Assembly (NCBI GenBank): GCA_040384265.1
Contig: JAZKJM010000003.1
Location: 15,919-79,918, forward strand
Source: Pseudomonadota bacterium
Lineage (GTDB): Bacteria > Pseudomonadota > Alphaproteobacteria > Rickettsiales > UBA3002
Length of the DNA stretch: 64,000 nt
Reading direction: 5' to 3'
The translations under genes and the position numbers were made by a program. Below are positions 9,495 to 16,118 of the stretch, piece after piece (positions within the stretch are counted from its first letter, which is position 1; each line of letters opens with the position of its first letter). Below the pieces are notes generated by a model. The model did not search any database, was not told the origin of the DNA, and saw only the letters and a program-made list of their open reading frames with translations.

Positions 9495-11834
9495 TTGCTA
9501 CGGGCCCTACACATCACCCGGCGTCAGTGGATCAAGGCCGCCAAAATAAGTGCGGCGAGCGTCGCCTTTGCCTTCGTTGTCTTTCTCGCGTTTAAGCCGC
9601 CACTGCTCGACACTGTCAGCTTCTCCCATGCGGTGTTCGATCGGCACGGCGCGCTGCTGCGGCTTACCTTATCGCGCGATGAGAAATACCGTCTCTTCGT
9701 GCCGCTTAACGATATCGCGCCGCATTTGCGCGAAGGGGTGCTGCTGCATGAAGACCAGTATTTCTATCGCCATGCGGGCGTGAATCCCGTCGCGCTTGGC
9801 CGTGCATTTGTCCAATCCTATCTCTTACGCAACCGCAAGATCGGCGCCTCCACCATCACCATGCAGCTGGCGCGCATCCAATACGGCATCAACAGCCACC
9901 GCATCACCGGAAAGCTCTGGCAGATCGCGCGCGCCGTGCAGCTTGACCTGCATTACAGCAAGGATGCATTGCTCGAAGCCTACCTGAACCTCGTGCCGTA
10001 TGGCTATAATGTCGAAGGCGTAGGCGCGGCGAGCTTTATCTATTTGCACAAGAAGCCGATCGACCTCACCTTGCCCGAATCGCTGACCCTCGCCGTCATT
10101 CCGCAGAACCCCAATAAGCGCAGGCCGGAGCACGCCAATCCCGCCAAACCGGCACTTATCCAAGCACGCAACCGGTTGTTTGAGCGGTGGCTCGAAACCC
10201 ACCCGGAAAGTGCCGACCAGAAACCTTTCTTCACCTTGCCCCTTGCAACCTATGGCGTGGAGAATCTCCCGTTTCGGGCACCGCATCTGGTCGTCAACCT
10301 TCTGGCCAAATATAAAACCATCGGGCAAATCCATAGCACGGTCGATCTCGATATGCAGACGATGCTCGAAAATATTCTGCGCCGCTACGTTACCGACCGG
10401 CGCGATATCGGCATCAACAATGCCAGCGCCTTGCTGGTCGATACACAGACCATGCAGGTCATCGCCAGCATCGGTTCCGCCGATTTCTTCAACAAACCGA
10501 TCAGCGGACAAGTCGATGGCACGAACGCCAAACGCTCGCCGGGCTCGGCGCTGAAACCCTTTGTCTACGCGCTGGCGTTCGATCAGGGGCTCATCCACCC
10601 GATGAGCGTGCTGGGCGATGCGCCGACCAATTTCGGCAGCTACAGCCCCGATAATTTCGACCGCGATTTCCGCGGGCCCATCCCGGCGCACGATGCGCTG
10701 CGCTTAAGCCGCAATGTGCCCGCCATCACGCTCGCTTCGCAACTGAAAGCACCCGATCTCTATCAGTTCTTTACCCAGGCCGGCATCGCCAAGCTGCGCA
10801 CAAAGGACGATTATGGCCTGTCGCTGGTGCTCGGCGCCGCCGAAGTAACCATGCGCGAACTTGCCGGATTGTACGCCATGCTCGCCAATGATGGCATGCT
10901 GCAACCCCTCGTGTTTCGCATGGACGACACGCAGACGCCAAAACGCGAACCGCTCCTCACGGGCGAGGCAAGTTTCATGACGCTCGATGCCCTGCGCGAT
11001 ACGCCCCGGCCCTATAGCGTCAGTGAAGCGCACCGCGTCTATTGGAAAACCGGCACGTCCAACGGCTACCGCGATGCCTGGACTGCGGGCGTGTTCGGCC
11101 ATTATGTGCTGGTGGTGTGGGTAGGGAATTTTAACGGTAAAAATAACCCGGCGCTGGTCGGGGTGCGCACCGCCGCGCCGCTGTTCTTTGCAATGGTCGA
11201 TGCCATCGATGAAAAAGAGCCCCACCCCGAACGCATTGCGTCCAAGCCCAACCACTTGCGGCTGCGTAAACTGGATGTGTGCGCTACCACCGGCGATCTA
11301 TCCTCCGAGGGCTGCCCGGCTTTGGCCAGCACCTGGTTCATTCCGGGCGTGTCGCCCATTCATCGGCACGATGTCTACCGTAAAATCCTGGTGAATATCG
11401 CGACCGGCAAACGCGCCTGCCATTTCGAACCCGGCCTCACCGAATACCGCACCTTTGAGGTATGGCCGAGCGATCTGCGGCAAACCCTGCAAAAAGCCGG
11501 TATTCGCAAACCCTCCCTGCCACCGCGCGAGCAAAACTGCGATAACACAACCGCGCCATCAAGCGGGCGGGCGCCGGTCATCACGTCACCCCAGGCCAGC
11601 GTTGAATACCATGCCCGCCTGACGGATAGCGCATCGGAGGCGATTCCCCTGAACGCTACCGCAGACGGCGATGCCACCAGCTTGCATTGGTTCATTGATA
11701 ACGATTATTTCGGAAAATCTGTTCCCGGCGAATCCCTTTCCTGGCATCCCAAACCCGGCCGCTACCAAGTGCGCGTTGTCGATGAACATGGGCGCTCCGC
11801 GGCGACAACCATGCTGGTTTCCCTTGCGCAATAG
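9495..11834 (+). CDS. pbpC: Penicillin-binding protein 1C (bifunctional transglycosylase/transpeptidase)
   Basis: GT51 motifs EDQYFYRHAGVNP and GASTITMQLAR. Transpeptidase SxxK (GSALKPF) and KTG (YWKTGTS). N-terminal TM anchor. Located directly downstream of the A2M gene. Confidence 0.85.
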   Translation: MLRALHITRRQWIKAAKISAASVAFAFVVFLAFKPPLLDTVSFSHAVFDRHGALLRLTLSRDEKYRLFVPLNDIAPHLREGVLLHEDQYFYRHAGVNPVALGRAFVQSYLLRNRKIGASTITMQLARIQYGINSHRITGKLWQIARAVQLDLHYSKDALLEAYLNLVPYGYNVEGVGAASFIYLHKKPIDLTLPESLTLAVIPQNPNKRRPEHANPAKPALIQARNRLFERWLETHPESADQKPFFTLPLATYGVENLPFRAPHLVVNLLAKYKTIGQIHSTVDLDMQTMLENILRRYVTDRRDIGINNASALLVDTQTMQVIASIGSADFFNKPISGQVDGTNAKRSPGSALKPFVYALAFDQGLIHPMSVLGDAPTNFGSYSPDNFDRDFRGPIPAHDALRLSRNVPAITLASQLKAPDLYQFFTQAGIAKLRTKDDYGLSLVLGAAEVTMRELAGLYAMLANDGMLQPLVFRMDDTQTPKREPLLTGEASFMTLDALRDTPRPYSVSEAHRVYWKTGTSNGYRDAWTAGVFGHYVLVVWVGNFNGKNNPALVGVRTAAPLFFAMVDAIDEKEPHPERIASKPNHLRLRKLDVCATTGDLSSEGCPALASTWFIPGVSPIHRHDVYRKILVNIATGKRACHFEPGLTEYRTFEVWPSDLRQTLQKAGIRKPSLPPREQNCDNTTAPSSGRAPVITSPQASVEYHARLTDSASEAIPLNATADGDATSLHWFIDNDYFGKSVPGESLSWHPKPGRYQVRVVDEHGRSAATTMLVSLAQ

Positions 11835-12035
11835 GACCGCTGCATCCAACAGCACACCCGCTCAGCTTGCTGATGATGTATATCAAAGACAACAAATGGT
11901 GGGGGCGGGTGATATATTCAGAACCTATGGCACCCGCCCTCCTACGCTCCAAGAGGAGCTACGAAGGGCACTCCTTCGCCGAAGCGCCTTCGCGCGGCTT
12001 ACTAGCGTAAGCCACCCGAAGCCGCAGGCGAAGGA

Positions 12036-12111
12036 TGGTGGGGGGAGAGGGATTTGAACCCCCGACCAAGGCGTTATGAGCGCCCTGCTCTAACCGCTGA
12101 GCTATCCCCCC
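12036..12111 (-). tRNA. tRNA with CAU anticodon (elongator tRNA-Met type; tRNA-Ile2 not excluded)
   Basis: The reverse complement reads GGGGGGATAGCTCAGCGGTTAGAGCAGGGCGCTCATAACGCCTTGGTCGGGGGTTCAAATCCCTCTCCCCCCACCA. It has a 7-bp acceptor stem, D arm GCTC/GAGC, anticodon stem GGGCG/CGCCT with loop CTCATAA, a T arm with TTCAAAT loop, and encoded CCA. G1:C72 and the lack of a GGG/CCC anticodon stem argue against initiator tRNA. Confidence 0.85.
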
Positions 12112-12313
12112 CGGCAGTGGTTTCCATGCGCCCCTGGCCCACCGAAACCGCTGAAAAACATATGCCCTTCACTTCGTAGCAAAAAAACCTCACTGCTCAA
12201 CTAATAAAGCGCCTGCCCGGCATTTGCGCATTCATTAATCCCCTCTTAATCATTTTGCGTTATGCTGTGGCATGGCCTTTCGTTTCTCCTTCCTGAAGCT
12301 CCGCAGCCGCGCC

Positions 12314-13162
12314 ATGAAGCGCGGCTTCAGCCTTGTCGAGCTTTCGGTCGTGGTTTCCATCATGAGCGTCGTCTCGGTGATGGGGCTCGAAGGGGCCGCT
12401 AACTTCATCAACCGCACCTCGGGTGCCGTCACTAAGGACCGCCTCGCCGTCGTCGACACCGCCATCGCCCGGTTTTTCCGCATTTATGGCCGCCTGCCCT
12501 GCCCGGCCGCGCGCACTGCCGCACCGCTCGGCTCCACCAGCTACGGGCTGGAGGATTGCTCCATCGGCACCTTCGCCACCGGCACCAACTACGCCAGCCT
12601 CATCGGTGGCGGGCTGATGAGCGGCGCGGTGCCCTTTCGCACCCTCAACCTGCCCATGAGCACCTCGCTCGATGGTTTCAGTAGCAAAATCAACTATGTC
12701 GTGACCAAAAACATGACCCTCGCCGGCACCACTACCGGCCGTTTCGGATTTTATGATGGCACCAACGCCACCACCATCGCCGCCAGCGGCGTCGGCGGCA
12801 TCCAGATTCGCACCGGCGTGCTGGCCCAGCCCTGCAACACCGGCAGCTGCAACACCGTCGCCGACCCCACTACCACTCCGCCCGATGGCGCCGCCTACAT
12901 CGTCTTTAGCTCCGGCTCGGATAAGCGCGGGGCCTATTCGGCAAACGGGGTGGCCACCACCGCCTGCATCCCCACCCCCACCGCCGCGCATAACTCGCGG
13001 GTGGATTCGCAAAACTGCGTGCAGGGCCTGCCCGGCACCAACACCGTCTCGGTCAGCAACATTCCCAACAATGTGTTCTACGATAACCGCTACAATGCCG
13101 GGCTCAACCTCACGAACTATTTCGACGATTACGTGATCTGGCGCAAACGGAGCCAGCTATGA
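12314..13162 (+). CDS. Prepilin-type (GspG/type IV pilin-like) protein, paralogue 1 of 5
   Basis: Class III signal MKRG|FSLVELSVVVSIMSVV (short basic leader, G-1, F+1, E+5, hydrophobic helix). Shares blocks YGRLPCPA, GAVPFRTLNLP, YIVFSSGSDKRGAY and C-terminal YFDDYVIW with the four downstream genes. ATG 12314 is preferred to the listed 12272 because prepilin leaders are short. Confidence 0.7.
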   Translation: MKRGFSLVELSVVVSIMSVVSVMGLEGAANFINRTSGAVTKDRLAVVDTAIARFFRIYGRLPCPAARTAAPLGSTSYGLEDCSIGTFATGTNYASLIGGGLMSGAVPFRTLNLPMSTSLDGFSSKINYVVTKNMTLAGTTTGRFGFYDGTNATTIAASGVGGIQIRTGVLAQPCNTGSCNTVADPTTTPPDGAAYIVFSSGSDKRGAYSANGVATTACIPTPTAAHNSRVDSQNCVQGLPGTNTVSVSNIPNNVFYDNRYNAGLNLTNYFDDYVIWRKRSQL

Positions 13163-14445
13163 TGCGCGCCCGCCATGGTTTCAGCCTGCTCGAACTGTCG
13201 GTGGTGCTGGCCATCATCTCGCTGGTGGCTGCGGCGGGCATTTCGCTTGCCAGCGGCGCGCTCAAAGCCGCCGACCGCGTGACCACGCAGGAGCGCCTCA
13301 ACACCATCAAGCTCGCCCTCGATAGCTACACGAAGCTCTACGGCTACCTGCCCTGCCCGGCCGACCGCGCCAAGGTCACGACCGATACCGACTTTGGCGT
13401 CGAAAAGCGCACTGGCCCGCCCGGCACCACCTGCACCGTCAGCAGCCCGGGCATTGTCTCGGTGACCGGGGCCTATTACGGCGGCGTCCCCACCCGCACC
13501 CTCGGCCTGCCCGATAACTATGCGGGCGATGCATGGGGCAACAAACTGACCTACGCCGTGTCCAGCAACCAGGTCACCAATAGCGCCAGCGCCGCGGGCT
13601 CTGACGGTGCCCTTAACGTTCGCTATGGCGAGCGCACCGGCACGTTCTACACGGTGACTACGCAGCGCGTTCAGGTGAACTTTACCGGCGTCACCAACCC
13701 TGCCGGTAACACGGCTCGTTTTGCTGTCGCCAGCACCAGCGGCATTGCGGTAGGCACCATTGTCACCCCGGTCAGCACCAACTTCGGCAAAGGCTCCTTT
13801 GCCGTCACCGCATTCAGCAACAATGCATGGATCGAAGTGAATCTCGGCGTTGCCGTTCCGGCCACTGAAGCAGGCACGCTCACCTGGCAAACCCCCGGCC
13901 CGGCCGCGTCGTATGTCGTGGTCAGCCACGGGCCGGATGGGCGGGGCGCATTCCCCACCGCGGGCACGGCCGTGCCTGCCGTGAAACTCTGCATTGCCGT
14001 TGCCGCCAACAGCTCGCCGCTGCCATGCAGCGTCGCCGCCGATGCCACCAAATGTAACGACATCGAGAACTGCAACGAGGTCAACGGCGGCAGCGACGTC
14101 ACCTTCTACGATACCTCCTACAATGACGGCCCCAACGCAGCGCAGTATTTCGACGATTATGTCGTCTGGGGCAGCAATGCGAGCGCACGCGTCGCCGTCA
14201 ACAACACCGCCTATACCAGCTGCACCAGCGGCTGCGAAAGCTGGTGCGCGCCCTGCACCGGCAGTTATAATTACCCCGGCGCCTTCGCCGTACCCGCTGG
14301 CCTTACTACCAACCTGACCAACCCCGTATTGTGCAACAAAGTACTCTATAGCAGCTCCACCAACTGCTTTGCCTCCTGCTTCTGGAGCGGCACCGCACTG
14401 ACTGCCGCCGCAGGTGGTGTCGGTGCATACAGCAGGTGCCCATGA
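13159..14445 (+). CDS. Prepilin-type (GspG-like) protein, paralogue 2 of 5, with Cys-rich C-terminal extension
   Basis: MMRARHG|FSLLELSVVLAIISLV. Blocks YGYLPCPA, GGVPTRTLGLP, DAWGNKLTYAVS (GspG-like DPWGN block), YVVVSHGPDGRGAF and YFDDYVVWG. Start overlaps the upstream stop by 4 nt (ATGA). GGAG 8 nt upstream. Confidence 0.7.
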   Translation: MMRARHGFSLLELSVVLAIISLVAAAGISLASGALKAADRVTTQERLNTIKLALDSYTKLYGYLPCPADRAKVTTDTDFGVEKRTGPPGTTCTVSSPGIVSVTGAYYGGVPTRTLGLPDNYAGDAWGNKLTYAVSSNQVTNSASAAGSDGALNVRYGERTGTFYTVTTQRVQVNFTGVTNPAGNTARFAVASTSGIAVGTIVTPVSTNFGKGSFAVTAFSNNAWIEVNLGVAVPATEAGTLTWQTPGPAASYVVVSHGPDGRGAFPTAGTAVPAVKLCIAVAANSSPLPCSVAADATKCNDIENCNEVNGGSDVTFYDTSYNDGPNAAQYFDDYVVWGSNASARVAVNNTAYTSCTSGCESWCAPCTGSYNYPGAFAVPAGLTTNLTNPVLCNKVLYSSSTNCFASCFWSGTALTAAAGGVGAYSRCP

Positions 14446-15200
14446 TGCATGCACCCCGCACCCGCAACCCGCGCGAACAGGGCTTCACCCTCGTCGTCAT
14501 TGCTGCGCTATTCATCGCCTTCGCGGTGATTGGCGCGGCGGCGGTCGAGCGCAACACCACCGCCCAGCAGATCACCCGCCGCACCGCCACTGCCGAGCAG
14601 CTCACCCGCCTGTCCAACGCCATCATTGAATATTCGGTGTTCAACCGCAGCGGCACCACCAATATCTACCCCTGCCCGGCGCGCTACGACCTTGACCCCA
14701 GCAACGCAAGCTTCGGCATCAGTTACACCGGTTGCTACAACACCGCCCCAACGGCAAGCGGCGGTGTAGTGCTCACCGCAGGATCAACCGATATCCTTCG
14801 CGGCATGGTGCCGGTGCAGACCCTCTCCCAATATGGTGGCATCAACGTGAACGACGCGTTCGACCCGTGGAACAACCGCATCATGTATATCGTCAACCGC
14901 CAGATGACATCGGCCCTCGGCACCCCGGTCAAGGCCAATAACCCCACCGTCACCGAGGTCACCACCAGCCAGACCATCGCCGCGCCGGACTTCATCCTCG
15001 TCAGCTATGGCCGCGACGGGGTGGGTGCCTATAAACGCGTCGATACCACGGTCGCCATTGGCTGCGCCGCCGCCAGCACCGAGCGCCGCCTCGAAAACTG
15101 CGACAACGATATCGCTTTCAACCAGGGACCGACCTACACCGCCACCAACGCCACTACGACCACCTATTTCGACGACATCCTCAGCTATTACCGCCAGTAA
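14442..15200 (+). CDS. Prepilin-type protein, paralogue 3 of 5, lacking Glu+5 (minor-pseudopilin-like)
   Basis: Longer leader MMHAPRTRNPREQG|FTLVVIAALFIAF with Val instead of Glu at +5. Retains blocks IYPCPA, GMVPVQTL, DPWNNRIMYIVN, FILVSYGRDGVGAY and YFDDILSYY. ATGATG overlaps the upstream TGA; the exact start (14436/14442/14445) is uncertain. Confidence 0.6.
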   Translation: MMHAPRTRNPREQGFTLVVIAALFIAFAVIGAAAVERNTTAQQITRRTATAEQLTRLSNAIIEYSVFNRSGTTNIYPCPARYDLDPSNASFGISYTGCYNTAPTASGGVVLTAGSTDILRGMVPVQTLSQYGGINVNDAFDPWNNRIMYIVNRQMTSALGTPVKANNPTVTEVTTSQTIAAPDFILVSYGRDGVGAYKRVDTTVAIGCAAASTERRLENCDNDIAFNQGPTYTATNATTTTYFDDILSYYRQ

Positions 15201-15262
15201 GCCCACAAATGTCACAGCCGCCCAAACTTTGCAGCGCACCGCCGCCACAGACGCAAAACCTA

Positions 15263-15291
15263 TTGATACAGGGCGGTACTCATGCTAGATT
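15263..15291 (+). promoter_or_regulatory. Possible sigma-70-type promoter for the paralogue 4-5 sub-operon
   Basis: TTGATA-N17-TAGATT in the 139-nt gap between paralogues 3 and 4, about 48 nt upstream of ATG 15340. Sequence match only. Confidence 0.3.
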
Positions 15292-15339
15292 CGTTAACGC
15301 CTAAATAGCTCAATTCACTTACATTTTTGGACTGTTTCC

Positions 15340-16032
15340 ATGAACCGCGGCTTTACCATGCTCGAACTGACCATCGTCATCGCCATTAGTGGGCTGATGC
15401 TGGGCTTCGTGCTGCAAGCCACCAAAAGCAACCAAAGCTCGGAATGCTACGCCACCACCAAAGTCCAGCTTGCGACAGTGCAGACCGCCATCACCAGTTT
15501 CGTTCGCAAGAACGACCGCTACCCCATGCCCGCCCGCCGCGATATTGGCGTGAGCGATGCCAATTACGGGCGCGAAGCCGTCGCCGCCAACCTGACCGTT
15601 TCGGGCACCACCACCTGGGGCGCGTTGCCGTTTCAGGCGCTTGGCCTGCCCACTTCCTTTGCGGGTGACTGCTGGGGCAATAAATTCACCTATGTCGTGA
15701 CCACCGCCCTCACCACCAACGCCGCCAGCGGTGGTTATCTGGATGCTGCGGTGGTTGGTACCATCACCGTAAAAAGCGGTGCCAGCACCACCTCAAGCAC
15801 CGCTGCCGCCTACGCCGTCATCAGCCAGGGCGAGGACATGCTCAACGCCGCCGCCCTCAACGCCACCAGCGTCAGCTGGTGCGGCACCGGCACCACCCTT
15901 GCCACCTACAACTGCTACCCCGCCAACTCGCCCGCCACCGTCGCCAACGCCCTGTTCAACAACGGCAAGAATGCTGGCGCGGCCTATTTCGATGACCTTG
16001 TCATCGCCGCCGACCGCGCGAGGGTCATCTAG
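15340..16032 (+). CDS. Prepilin-type (GspG-like) protein, paralogue 4 of 5
   Basis: MNRG|FTMLELTIVIAISGLML. Blocks RYPMPA, GALPFQALGLPTSFAGDCWGNKFTYVVT, YAVISQGED and YFDDLVIA. Closely related to the N-terminal about 230 aa of the next gene. Confidence 0.7.
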   Translation: MNRGFTMLELTIVIAISGLMLGFVLQATKSNQSSECYATTKVQLATVQTAITSFVRKNDRYPMPARRDIGVSDANYGREAVAANLTVSGTTTWGALPFQALGLPTSFAGDCWGNKFTYVVTTALTTNAASGGYLDAAVVGTITVKSGASTTSSTAAAYAVISQGEDMLNAAALNATSVSWCGTGTTLATYNCYPANSPATVANALFNNGKNAGAAYFDDLVIAADRARVI

Positions 16033-16118
16033 CGTGATAAACTGCGTGCAGCGCGGCGGTGATTATGCTATGCTTTAACCATGCCACTAAATGGCACCAC
16101 GCCTCTCTCAGGACATGC

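Noticed and set aside
9825-11855. Antisense or alternative-frame ORFs across pbpC (for example 9825-10691, 10704-11255)
   Set aside because: They are contained in pbpC, whose frame carries canonical GT51 and transpeptidase motifs.
11671-12057. 128-aa + strand ORF running from the pbpC 3' end through the repeat-rich spacer into the tRNA
   Set aside because: It overlaps the pbpC end and the tRNA gene, and it reads through REP-like hairpins. Not credible as a gene.
12036-12111. tRNA-Met as an integration site for a genomic island carrying the pilin operon
   Set aside because: The pilin genes lie on the 5' side of the tRNA (islands normally insert at the 3' end). Their GC looks native. No integrase gene and no direct repeat of the tRNA 3' end was found by eye. 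A computational repeat search is still needed.
12260-14454. Long minus-strand ORFs (12260-13012, 13129-14454) opposite the prepilin genes
   Set aside because: The sense-strand proteins have class-III signal peptides and shared conserved blocks. The antisense translations are Gly/Ala/Asp/Arg low-complexity.
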